The notes under the pieces are model-generated. The model did no database searches, was not told where the DNA came from, and worked only from the letters and a program-made list of their open reading frames with translations. A DNA stretch of 64,000 nt from Bilabrum cf. latius (taxonomy: Eukaryota): positions 682,001 through 746,000 of the forward strand of contig OZ237760.1 of assembly GCA_965178125.1 (NCBI GenBank). The letters run 5' to 3'. Below, in pieces: positions 36,601-49,800 of the stretch. Position 1 is the stretch's first letter; every line of letters begins with the position of its first letter. The position numbers and the translations under genes were made by a program.

Positions 36601-37360
36601 GGCCCCTCACCCACTGCATCATCTCCTCCCGCCTGAACACCTCGAAGTAGTTCTTCTTGTAGGGGCTGTTCATGTTCCGCATGGTGCGCGGTGCCCCCTC
36701 GTCGAACTCGAACTCCTCGTCAAGGAGCAGGTCCTGCATGGCGTCCGTGGTGGCGAAGGACCCCTCCACGTCGTGAAGCAGCAGCGCGATCACGAGGAAC
36801 ACGCTGAAGAACAGCATGAACACGATGGCTTCCTTCACCTCCCGGTCCCTGTTAACCCGGAACAGCATCTGGAGCAGGTCCCTCACGCTCACGGCGTCTA
36901 GCTTCTGCAGCGTCCTGCGGTCGCGCACCTTGGCCTGCGCCTTGCCGGCAGACTGGAACATGCTGCTGGCCATCACGGCTGTCATTGGGTTGCGGGCCGA
37001 GCCAGGGCTGGTCGCACCAGCCGGTGTGGCCCCTGGACCCGAAGCCGGCCTGCCGACGCGAGGCGGCGGGGCTGCTTTGGGAGAGGGTGGTGGAGGGGCC
37101 CTCCGAGAGCCGCGGCTGCCCGAGCCCTGGCTACCATTGTCATCGAACAGATTCACATCGATAAGGGAGTCCTCTTTTGAAGCCATGCCACGGCCTGATG
37201 CTAACTTTGCTTCTTCTTTCGCCTTTGAGTCGCGCCCGATCCGGGCGAAAGCGCCACGAAGCCTGCTCTTTGGGCTCAACGGTTTGCTAGCCTCGCTATG
37301 CAAACGCTTTCCCCGCTGCCTGCGATACAAGTACACATTTATGACGCTCTGGACATACAT
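33641..37360 (-). CDS. Polycystin-2 (PKD2/TRPP)-like cation channel with C-terminal PH-like domain
   Basis: Polycystin-domain signatures VGSVRLRQARV and MWLDRATRA, six TM segments, and pore region SSMSSLLRFALGDADY...FLVALNLIIGIISEAF. The frame continues through TAG 34235 and TAG 33731 to TGA 33641-33643. The 5' end may have further exons. Confidence 0.88.
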
Positions 37361-37849
37361 TGCATCGTTGACATGCGCCTGAGTTAGTTGTCAAGCGGAA
37401 ACTCAACATCGCAGAACCGGTAGTGATACCTGGAAATCGCGAGCTTACTGAACAGGTAGCTAATGTCGGGATAAACTCACTAACGCAACAAGTTTTGCGG
37501 ATCAGAAGCCTATAAATATCCGGGCTACCTGCTTTCTGAGCTAACAGAGTGTGTGGGCGATGGAGTGCCTTTGGCCGGATTTGCAGACCAACTAGATGTC
37601 TCGAATGTGTCAGTAAGGACGCGGAGCTACTGAGACGTCCCAGCCATACACAGTGATGCAGAAGGCTTCGCGGCAGCCTTCCTGATCAACGGTCAGTGCG
37701 ACCCTAGGCGTGCTGCAACAGGTCCATGTGTCGGCGCCGCGCTCGTTTGGTCGCACAGTTCCGCTATCAGACAGAACCTTCGTGAACACCGCACGGCAGC
37801 AAGATCCATTTGTGGCCCCTGTGGCGCTCATGTAGGACTATGTATCAAT

Positions 37850-40800
37850 ATGCCTCGCTCTATCGTAAGACATTTAGTATTTATACAGCGAGTGGGCGAC
37901 CTTTGTCCATCTGTTCATTCCGTTTTGTCTGCCCTAGGCACCCATCTTAATCGCAGTGACGATTTGCTCAGACCTGTACCATTTGTTGACGCACCCGGCC
38001 CACTGCACGGTCAGCAAGAAGGTAGGACTGTGTTAGACTCTGCAGTCCGAATGGCTTGCGTCCTATCTACTGCTGCCTGTGACACGGCGGTGCAGGACAA
38101 TCGCGAGTTGTTGGCACCTGTGGTGTCGGCAGATTTCAAGGGCAGTCGTCTGTGGTATCCAACAGAACCGGTCCGGATACGTGCCAGTAATCGATCAGGA
38201 TCTGGCAGAATTCACAGATAGCTTCGATCTCGGCTGCAAGATGCTCGCGAAACTTGCAGAGCTGCTCTGCTTCGAGGCCAGCCAGGGCTACCCGGCGATC
38301 AAGCGGGCGAGAATCCGCTGCCAACCTAGCCAAGCATACCGCATCTAGGCAGACCCACCGATCGAGCGCGTCGCTCCCCACGCAAGGCTTCGCCGTGGGA
38401 GCGACTGCTCCGTGGTACTGCGGAAGCTGTGCAGAGCCGATACAAGCAGGCAGCGTGGGCCTCAGCCTCGGCCGCGCCGCCGTTGCACGGATCGAACAAA
38501 TCTACAGCAAACTCTCAGACCCATTCGGATCCCCCCGGTGGCCAGGCTCGACCAAGCACTGGGGCTCATAGCCCCATTCAAAATAGAATTATTCCAAATA
38601 GAATTGTTGGCAGCAAGAACAGAAATAGAACGGCTATGCTATTGCTAGGATCGTCTCACCTGGCCCGATGCACGGCCCCCAGCCGAGACGTGTTCGCGCA
38701 AGACGGGCCTCTCTCTCGCATGCGGGCTGTTGGGTGCAGCCTCCACGTTCTGCTGTTCGATTCGGAGGGGCCGTTTGAGGCCGATAGAGGGTAGTCTTCT
38801 AGCAGAGGGGTGGGTGGATTAAGGCCAGTGCTGGCTTCCCAGTCTTGGCTGGCAGACGCAGTTCTGGCCGTGGGGGGATCGCTTAGAGTCTTCCGTTGGG
38901 ATGGAACCACGCGCGTGCTGCGACACACGGGCTCCATCCCAAGACTGCCGAGCTCCGCAGAATTATTCCCATCAAGCCAAGGCGAGGACATGTTTACTGC
39001 AAGCGTATCAGCTGGGCCTTAGTTTGGATCTCATCCCCGATCTAGGCCAAGCATGGGGGGAGCGGCACGAACAATTTGCTCCAGTCCTGACGGCGAAGGT
39101 GCCGCGCTGGACGGACTGCTGACGGACTCTCTCTCTGCGGCTGGTGCAGCACAGAAAAGCAGCAGTGCATAGGCCGCCACAGGCCTCTTTATCCGTCACA
39201 TGCACGCCAGAAGCGCCTTCCTGAGCCCGAAGCACCACACCGTGGATGTGGACCTGCGTGGGCTGCACCGCGCTGCGCCTCGCTCCCAGAGGAACAAGGC
39301 CTGCCGAGGGCAGACGGCAGACCAGTCCGACTCGCCGGCACAATCAGGGCCGCAATCGGTTGCCGGGTCGGTCTCAGCGGAGAGGCGGCGGGTGAGGAGC
39401 GCAACCAGGCTGCGAGAAACCGTGTATCGCGTGCTTGGAGGCAAGCGGGCCACAGCCCCAGTCATCGTCCTGCGCATCGGAGTGGCCTCCCCGAGCGATC
39501 TTGGTAGCGGAGTGGGTTCTATGAGCTCAAGTTTGTCGTCGGGTGTGGCTGCAGCTGATACCAAGGTCGGTACGGAAGCAGCTGGACGTATCGGCGAGGC
39601 CGAGGCCGACCGGCGAGAACCGCACGTGACGTTGCATTGCAGGCCGCGACAATGGGCCGAGTGCATGTGGTATTGGCCGCTGCTGGCAACTCACAGTGAC
39701 CTCGTTCGCACTCGCAGCGAGCTTGGATTCATCCCATTGCGGTGCGACTAGGCAAGCTCAGGGGCTCATGATCGGCTGTGCGCCGAGGCAGCGTCGGATC
39801 AGGTGGACCTGGAACAGGCGGTTGGGGTGTTCGCGCGCACAAAGGCCGACTCGGGCCGCCGACATTGCGCATCAAAGGCATTCAGCTCCATCGCATACTG
39901 TGCTGCAGGCGGCACTGGCTCTCTCGCAGCAGGCATGGGCCCTTGCTTGTGCCACCTGAGGGCCATTGGGGACGGCTTTGTGCTTGTCGTGGTTTCCACG
40001 CCCGCCGTGCCGCAAGCTGCCTCCTCCGGCCCTGATCAGTCCCCCAGTCGGGCCTCGTTTCGCGCTTTGGACTCGCGGGGGCCGCATGCAATCCAGTGCT
40101 GGAAGGTAGTGGCAATGGTGATGAAGGTTGGGGAAGCGGTCCAGCTCCCCGTTGACACAGAGCAGGTGCATGAGCGGGCGGCATGGTTCGCACAACGTAC
40201 GAAGGCACTGGATGCACTCTCTGAACGCCGTACGTAGCTTGTTTCTAGGCGTGCTGACACCGAGGACCTGAGTCTGTCTGCTGAAAGCAAAGAGGATAAC
40301 CTTTCGGCTGACATGTCAGAGCGCAACAGCGCGGGCGGCGCTGAAGAATCCTACGTTGCCGCGGCTGCCCCAACGAGCCCAGTGTCTGGGGACTAGGAAG
40401 CGGCTGGGTCCCTGGCGGGCAGTGACAGCGGTGGCGGACTGCAGGCCTCAAGGGACCATCGCAACAGCGTCGGTTCTTTCACCAGCATGGGCACAAACGA
40501 CTCGAGGCCGGTCACGAGGGCCTCGCGGTCAGACACAGAGGAGCTAGATCCTATGGCGTTTGGCACGCCAGCCTTCGGACCACTGTCTTTCAAACGTGCC
40601 GCTGGTAGAGAAATCGCTACGAGCCACAAGAACCGCCGCGACAGCCGTCCGGCAAGACTGGCATCCTTAGGCCTCTCTCCCCCGCAGGGGCCCATCGACG
40701 TCCGTGGAGTGCTGGACGAAATGCCGCAGCTGTCACTCAAGCCTAGCGATAGTACCGGAGCGCTCAACTCCCTGGCAATCTCGTATGATCTGCATGGCGA

Positions 40801-43800
40801 AGGGCGAGGTATACGCCAGCAGGTCGCCATTAGTGGGGCGGCTCGCATAGCTCCTGCCAATGCGGCTGCAATAGCGCGGGCGGGCACTCGGCCGTCGAAA
40901 TCTCGATCACCTGCCGAGAGGCGGACCCAAGGTATCCACACCAGTCCTAGCGACAGCCAGCTTGCACTTGGGGGGCGGCAGGGCGGACAATCGTCTGCCC
41001 ACAGCCGTGCCAAATCTGGAGATTTTGAGCGTGGGATTTTGAGCAGTCGCGGGTAGCGACGTCCAATAGTTAGTTCTGGCACCAGGGCAAACCGTGCTGA
41101 CAGCAAGCCGCACAGCAGCAGAGTTTCATTCCCGGACGCACGCGCAGAAATGGGCTATGTTATCAAGCGGATTGGTGGTGCAACGGTTGGCATGCCACCG
41201 CGTGTTGATCTTGCAGGTGCGGCGGCCCTGGTGGTTGGTCCGGGGTCCTAGCGTAGACGAGCAGCCTCTCGGATCGCTGCGTTTATTCGCAAGCGCATGA
41301 ACCACCGAAGTGCAGCAAGGTTCAGAGCCGCAACTGCATCTCTGAGAGATAGCGATGCAGTGCTATCCCAGCAGCAGCTGCTGTCGGCTTCATCGCAGCC
41401 TATCGATCCGCCGCGACCCGATGCACAAGGCGCCGTGCGTGTCACGACTACGTAGAGCGGGGATTTCATGCAGACACTGTCCAAAGGGACCTTCCAGCAA
41501 ATTGTTAGGGGCATTGTAGCGACTGGGTAGTGCCCCCAGTGGTGGGAGTGCAAGACCGTGGATGTGGCCTGGAGTGGGACTGGCAAGCCCCTACCAGGCA
41601 GCTCCCAACAGCGCGGTCCGGTGATCGCGATGGGCGGGATCAGCAGGGTGGCGGTTGCCTTGCGCAACCTAGAGTGCGTTTTGCGGCGGGCTACTTGGAG
41701 GGCAGTACGGCATGGAGCAGTCCACTCGCTGCAGGTGAGGCCGACGGATGGGCAGCGCGCAGTGCGGGTTGCTCTGCACATGGCAGAGGTGCATGGTACA
41801 GCGGGTGCGTCTCAAGCACCTGTTGTTGTATTGATGCTTCCTGCGGTACGATAGAACGGAGCTGGGTCCTCCCTACCGATGTCTGCGAGCAGTGGTTCGC
41901 ATGCTAGGCTGATGGCGGTGTTTCCGTCTAGCAGTGGCGGCACTAGCATGCATAGCCTGCTTGGAGCCGTCCGCACGCTGATGGCAAACATCACGAAGCG
42001 CATCAAGGCGGAGTCAGACAGCCTGCTTGATGCACTAGATGCAGACAAATCCCTCCACACGCAGTCTCTACGCACGGCGGAAGAAGGGGGGTCTGGTGAG
42101 GCAGGTCCGATCTCAAGCCCGAGGCTGCGCCTCAGGTTTCTGTGGAACCATGCCGCAAGGCTGCCTGCTGCTGACGGACATTCCGACGGGCCGCTGGAGT
42201 TCCCTGTCACTGACTTCACCGGCACCAGGACGGCCGCGTACTCCGTTCGGGTGCTGTCAGCCCACGCCGTGCTAGCATGCTTCAAGGAAACCGTCGCAGG
42301 GCGCCTGCGTGACCGGTCCCACCAAGGCGATAACGGGCTGTCGTGTCTTGGGATTGAATTTGATACCGGTGGCGAGGCTAGGTTCACGGCGCGGTTTGTG
42401 GAAGAGCTGGGAGTGTCGCCGTTTGGCGGAGCCGTGGTTCTCCTGCAGGAGGTGACGGGCACGTTCGCGGACCCCTCGATGCTGGCTTCATCGTCTTCGG
42501 ATTCGACCGGCGTGATGGAGTGGGGCGTGTCCTCCCTGTAGCCATTCGTGGGCCAGAGCGGGTCCGTGTCGGTTGAGTTTCGCCTCGTCCTCGGGTAGCT
42601 CCAGTCTGTGGTATCTCCCATCCTCAATAAGCTGGCCTCAAAGAAGTAGCTGGCAGCAGCAATGGATTCTGCCGTCGCTCGATGGTTGGCCGCAGACTAG
42701 TCCGGCTGGAGGCCACACCTTTCCTGCTCCGTGCTCCATGGGTTATCAACCACCGTGCTCGCCGCCTAGTCGCCCAGGACAGACGGTGCCAGCAGGGTAT
42801 CAGGACGTCGCCTCTCCATGATGCCGGGGACACTGGCGCCACAGAGCAGACTGCCTGGGTACGTCTCGACGGTCCCCCGGTCTACGCCCGATACCGGCAG
42901 ACACTGTCGATTCGTGAGCGTCGGATACCTCGCCGATACGAGCGTGCCGGTTGTCGCGCCTTCCCGGACAGCTGCAGCAAGTGTAGCAGCGGTAGACGGT
43001 GGTGCCGTGGCGGAACTGCCGCGGGCGTCCAGTCCGCTTTGGTCTCGGTTTCTATTCGTGCCGGAAGTACGCGGTTAGGCCACTCGGCTGGGACTGCGGC
43101 TAGGTGCCGGCGGGGGTGCTGCAATGGACTGGCATCGCACAACGATGCAGGGTGCCGCAATGGCGCTTTCCAAGTGGTGCGAGTTGTCGTGGAAGAGCCA
43201 TCGGCTGCCCCCCGCTGCCATGAGCCAGCTGTCCCGCAGCGCACATCAGCTGCGAGGCATATGCGTGGCCTCAACCCAACAAGGCATCGAGTTCGACCTG
43301 GAAGAAGCGATCCCGCAAGTAGTCTGGGCGGAGCAATCGGTGAATTTGCTATTAATTGACAGCAGGGTAGCTCGATCAACTTATGCGCACAGTGAAGCAA
43401 AGCCTGGAGATGCAGCGCGCCCAGATATCGCGTCTGGCCATGGGACCGAGGATAGCAGCGATGCAGCCCGATACTCTGGTCTGGAGCTTCCCGCCCTGGC
43501 TTCCACCAACGGTGCTTTCGGGAGAGTTCTCAACCGGACCCTGTGCGCTGAGCTAGCCCTGAGCACGTCAGCCTTCGCCCTGCAACCAGGCGATGTCATA
43601 GGCAGGGCACAGTCCGGGGACGCGTCCTACGACCGAGGCACTGAGAGTCGCTCACGGGAGCACGAGCACGAGCACGAGCACGAGCACAAGAACGAGCACA
43701 AGAACGAGCCAGTCGATAATCAGTCAGGGGAAATCGGAAATATCGAGCTTGCAGACCTGAAGAATGCGGTGTTTCTCATCGCAGGCGAACAACAGTGCTT

Positions 43801-46800
43801 CGTGCTAGCGATCGAATGGCTACGTGCCAGCGGCGGGGACCGTGGCCACAGGACAACTGCATCGGAGCTTCTACCGCTGCGTGCACGGCTAGGTCTGCTG
43901 GACGCGAGCGGCAACCTGAGCAAGCAGCACTTTGCCCTGGATGGCTTGAAAGACCTCCGTTCTGCACTGCTTGCTCTGTCCACCACGGCGCTGCTTGCCG
44001 CCACCGAGCGCTGGTGCGTGCTGGCAGAACACGAGGCCGCATCCTCGACGCAAGCGGCAAGCAGCCAGGCTCCCCACCTGCGGCTGTGCCCAAGCCCCTT
44101 CCCGCACTTTAGCGACGTGCTCCACAACGCTCTCAAGAGGTCGGACTGGATGGAGGTGCGCGTGGATTTCTCTCCTGTGCTTACAGTGCTTGCGATGGCC
44201 GCGGAGTCGGACGACGAGGAACATGCAACCATGCTGCTGCAGGCGGTTTGCTCTGGCATAGAACGAACTCACAGGCTCTGCTGCACGCGGTTCGTTGCCC
44301 TGCCAGTGCAAGCCGGGCTCATGGGTGCCCAGCAGCAGCACCTCCAGGGCAATTCCACGTCAACGAGCTCGAGCAAGCAGTCAGCACTCCCTGGTTTCGC
44401 GCCTTCGATGGAGTCCTCGGCGAGTAGAGCTCCCTCCAGCAATGCTGCCTTCCACCCGCACCACGAGTACGGTAATGTGTACCACTCGATTCAGCAGAAA
44501 GCTGTCGTGTACACGGATGCATCGCGGGGGCAGGTGCAAGGGTACAGGTGGCCCATCGTGGGCTCTACGCCGTCTCAACTGATGGTGCCTGTGCGCCACG
44601 AGAAATCGCCGCCCGCCTCCCTGTCGGGCAGCCAGCGAATGCGCAGTGCATCATCAGCAGTGGAAACAGACGTACCGCCAGCGCATTTGCACGTCCACCG
44701 GGGGAACCCGCCAGAAGCGTTCCATTCGGTTGACTCGAAACGGAAGATTGACCGCTTTCCGGTGGCAGCATTCGCCAATACTATCTCTGCGATGCTGTCT
44801 GATGGTGGCAACTTGCCTCTGCAGCATGTTGTCCATTTACATGGCCAGCTGCCGTCAACCAGAGGGCCAGGTCGGAGTGCCAGCGCATTGGGTGGCACAG
44901 ACGGCACAGCGCAGAAGGAGCACAGCAGCGCAGCAAGCCCCGTTGCCAGACCCCGCCCCAGGGCTAGCGCCCTCGCTGGCCCAGACCTTAGCAGCGCAGC
45001 GCGAGAGGAGCGGTCTAGCCATTTGGCGCGGGAGGCATCCCAGGGGGAAACTAAGACGCAGCAGAGCGACGCAACAGAGCCATCTAGCGGGTCAAGCAGC
45101 AGCCTTGATGGACACTCGCAGCCAGCGATGGAGTGGGTCCAGCGAGATCGGCTTGAGGCTCGCGCTCTCAGCACGATGCACGACCTTTTCTTGTCATCCT
45201 TCGGGAGAGAGGCGACGGATGTCGAGTTTGATATTGGCAGCCGGACAAAGGGCGGGCATGCGTCCGCTTGGGCCTCCCACCAAAATAATTCGATGGAACC
45301 CCAGTAGCAAGCGATGGGTGGAATTGACATCGGTAGGTCGCACCCGAGTGTGTCTACGCTGTCGTGGGAACTGCAGCTCCCGTTCCGTGAGTTTGGTAAC
45401 ACGTCTCGTTCTGCGACGGCCACGGAGATGGACTCGTCTGGCGAAGGCACCGACAATTCGGAGGAGCAAAACGAAGATAATGAGCCCCACCGAGCGGGAC
45501 GGAAGTCCTCGGCCCCGCCGTTGCTGAACGCCCGCGGGCGCGATACTGCACCACTGCCATCGTAGAGTCTTGCAGATCGACTGATTGTCCTTAGCGAGCG
45601 CCTGAGCGATCACCAAGACCAGAACGCACATCCCTCGCAACCGCGCGCGGATTTGCACGCGATATCTCGGCTGCAGACGCTAATCGAAGGAGTCCGGCCG
45701 TGCCTGGACTGCCCAGGCCTGCGCAACCGCATCATGCGCCATGCCTCGGAGAGCGCCACTCTGCAGCCAGATGCCATGTCTCCGAGCCGAGCATGCCTGT
45801 TTGCCCGCACTGCCATTGCGGTTCCTGCGGCAATCACCAGAGAGTACCTGCACCGCACTGCAAGGTCATCCACCTCGTCTGCAACGGACGGCGATGCGGC
45901 ACAAGATGACCACGATGGACTCACGCCGACTGAGAGCGTTTGGAGCAGAGTGTCAGCCCGCGCGCGCCAGGCTCTTCTTGGTTTCTTCCAGCGGTTGCGC
46001 GCGTCGGCAGCGCACGCAGAACTGGACGGGCTGATCGCGACGGGGCTGCAGGCGAGGCAGGCGGGGTCCAAGCGGGCTCTGCTGCTTTCCTGCTGCCTGC
46101 CGAGGCGAATGCAAACCGCCAAGGTTTCTATCGTGCTCCCCAACGCGACAAGTTCGGAACTAGTGGGAGCGGTGCAACGCGGCAGGACCAAGACGGCGTT
46201 CGCGCTTCACCGTGAGCTGGAGGTGCTTGCAATCGAGTAGCTCGAGGCCATCGCATAGGTTGCTCGAGGTGTTGCTTCAGTGGAGCACGCAGATATGCTG
46301 CAGGGGGGAATTTCGGATCCGATCAACGCGGACGAGGCGGCGTTTGGAGAGATGCAGGCACTGCTCAGGCCAATGGATGATGGTCCTATCCACGTCCTCG
46401 GTACGATTGGCCGCGGGCACCTCTAGAGCACTGCAGCAACAAATGAGAAAGCTGTAGAGAAGGTGAACAGAGCTGCTGCTGCACTACACCCGCCTTGGTT
46501 TTGCAGTATGCAGTTGGATGGCATCCTAGAGGGTGACCTAAATTCAACCCCGGCGATGGCAGGCAGCAGCGACGCGGTCTCCACCATGCTCCTGGTTCCG
46601 AGCACACTGCCTACCGCTTCCCTGGAGACAGAGCGCGATACCAACGCGTGGCAGCGCATGGAACTCACCGTAAAGTTCCTGACGCTGCCGGGCGTGCAGC
46701 ACGGCACAGCAGCGACCATGCTTATCGAGGGCTTGCGGGGATCCCTCTAGAGATGCACGGACAGGGCTGCGGCCCACCTCGCGCTTGCAAGAATGAGAAG

Positions 46801-49800
46801 CACAAAGACTCTGCCTCGTTTCCTGTACAACTAGCACCGAACGCAAGAGGGCGATGATGCGAGCCTGCCAATGACCGCAACCAGCGATGGAGGCACCAAG
46901 CCCGAGCAGCAGCAGCAGCATCCGCAGTAGGACTTCCCAGTGACACTGAGTGCGATCGACCGACTGTTCAACGGCATCAAGAGAAGCATGCCCGCTGTTC
47001 AGCTAGCACCGTGGGTCAGTGCAGACGATGCTCTCACTTCGGTCAGCCAGGCGCTGAGGGATTTCAAGCTGTCGTCTCATCGTCTTGACCTGGATGTTGC
47101 CGACTAGGCACGGTCCCGATTTTCGTCTACTGATGCCACAGCAGCCCATGACAACCCGCCTGCAGCGGTACAATGCGTTTCAGCAATCTGCATTCAGCCA
47201 GCTGATGAGTCGAAGCGCGGGCTTACTTTGCAGTAGCAGCTATCAAATTTCGATCAGTTTGTGCTCGTGTTGTACTGGCACGAGGCTGGGCCAGACCCCG
47301 CTGGTGGAAATGGCCGCGCGCCTGGCTGCATCACGGGCGTATCATTCAGCTCCAGGCACCCTCCGTCTAGCGTCCTCTCCCAGGTGCACTCTAGGGTGGC
47401 GAGCTGGATGCAGATTGACGCGACTGTTGCTCGTCTGCAACACCCTCCATCCGTGCTGCGGCAACACTGGGACGTGTCAACCGAGGGGGCTGCTGCCTCA
47501 TCGCCGTGGTACGACACCCGCTTGTTCGTCCAGAGCAGCTCGACATCGATGAAGCACGCTGCTATTGCTGGCAAGGAGCCCCTGCATCCTCATGCAGCCA
47601 GCGTTGAAGTGTATCCGCGCAGCACCGTGCCGTCCATCCTGCGCGCCCGAGAATCGGCTGGCACCGCTGACTTGGAATCGATTTGCAGTGAGATGCGCAG
47701 AGAGCTTGATCATCTCGTGACATGCTGGCAGGATGTGCGAGCAGTTGGAAGCAGTGATGCGGTCTTATTGCCCAGAGCTGAGCTTCCAGCAGGCCACACT
47801 CGCGTGTCTCAATCCGCCAGCATCTGTGGTGTGTGTCACCTGAATGTGTCTGATGGCGCAGCAGCTGGCAGCTCAACTGGCCCAAGGCCCGCGCCAGCTG
47901 CCCAACACCCCCACCGAAACGTGACTGATTTGCTAGCTGGATCAAGCAGCGGGGGCGTGCACACGGGGTCTGGCATGATTTCATCTGTCGGCAGTGCCAG
48001 TACTGAAGCCCGCTCGCGGGCCACGCGTGAAATCCTGCGCACATCACGAGCTGACTTGGCCGGCATAGCGGTGGTTCGCATCAGCGTGTCTGTGGTTGAA
48101 GTGCACGAGCAATCAACGGGCGACAGGCGGAGCCATGCCGCTTCACATTCGAAAAGGAGAATCGCTACGTCTGCCAGCTTTCGCGGGGCACGCCCAGCGA
48201 CCACCAAGCATAGATTGCCAGGGAAGCGTGGGCTGCTGCAGCTGCAGCCCACACGCGTACTCCATATCAAGGGAACTGCCAGCAAGGAGCCGTGGCTAAG
48301 AGGAATAGCCCGCATGGGCGCTCCCACGGCAAGCATCCTTCCATCAAGTGAGGAAGAATCCGCAAAGTGCCTGCGGCCAGTCGTCAGCTGTATGTAGCGA
48401 GCCAGCACCACAGTAGCCCTCGTGCTCACGACGGAGATCTGGGTATCCCCCGCGAGACAGCTCTCTGCAGCCCGCAAGCAGCTCTCGCGCCAGCTGCTGC
48501 GGATCGCGGCTGCGTCGGCTTCTGACGGTCTTCGGACATAGGTGTAGCGTGCTGCAGTGCGAGAAGTGCAGTCCACACCAGCAGAGCTGTTGCACTGCAT
48601 GCGGCTTCCATCGGCCGCGACGGTAGCTGCCCGCCTGGAGATGCCACGGCAGGGGCGACTATCTACCCGCGCATGTCGATTTGCGGCTCTGTCTATCGTC
48701 AAGTGGGCGGCCGCAGCCGGTCTAGTGCGAACGAAAACTGTAACAGACTCACGGTCACAGTCACGGGATGGCTAGCAGGAATCAGCTGCCAGTGGGGAGC
48801 ATTCGGTATCTAGTGAGGGCGATCCCATTGCACAGCCCTCCCCGAGCGAACACCCTATTCGCATCGATGTGCTCCTGTCCGGCAGATTGTCCGATCCGAA
48901 GAGGTTTGTGTTTCAATCCACTTCGCCCATCGTGCCCATACCTACCTTCGATCCAAGCAGTGCCACCGATCGAGGGCTAGGTGTGGGTACAGGGCACCAA
49001 GGCTCAGCACCTGACGCACCAAAGCAGACCGCTTCCAGGCTGCTGGCACACTGCCGCGACTGGGAGCGATTTACCCGGGCCTCTGGTCTGTTCCCCTAGG
49101 AGCACGCGATGCTTACCACGACCGAGACGCAGGACGGCACCATGGTCAGGGTAAGGCTCGGCGGCAGTGGCAGTGGCAGTGGCAGTGGCAGTGGCAGTGG
49201 TGTTGATGAAACGCAGGGATTGGTGTCAGGGTTGCGCCATGATGGTCTGGAAGCTTGGCTGGTGGTACTGCTGAGACCTGCGAGCACCGACGTGTTCGTC
49301 CTCGGCACGACCCCGAGGATGGCGGAGCGGCTGATCGGCGAGGTGTGGGGCACTTTGACGTTCCTGTCCGCCGCGGAGCAGCTGCTCCGGCCTCGCGTGG
49401 CCGCAATGAAGGCAGGCAAGCCGATGCCGCTGCATGTACCGGACCTGATAGTGCTGCGTAGGGCGGGAAGCGGCGAGGCGCAGCTGCAGGGAGCATCGTG
49501 CGAGTACGCGACTGCAACAGACATCGACACTTTCCGGGCCCTGATTACACATCGAGTGCGTGGCATGGGTGCTGGGGACGCGGTCCAGCAGTGGCTGCCT
49601 CCAGCTTGCTTGGACCCGGCCGGCCTCGATCACCTCTCGAGTCCGAGTCCAAGGGGCCTTCCGCTGCTGCCTCTCGTGTGCTCAGGGGCTGCAGTCGGGT
49701 TTCGTCTTGGAGCTGTGCTGGCCACGGGCGGCGGCGCATCGCTGCCGAGACCATCCAATACTAGCCATGCGGTGCGGTTTACACTGCTGGACGCATGCAT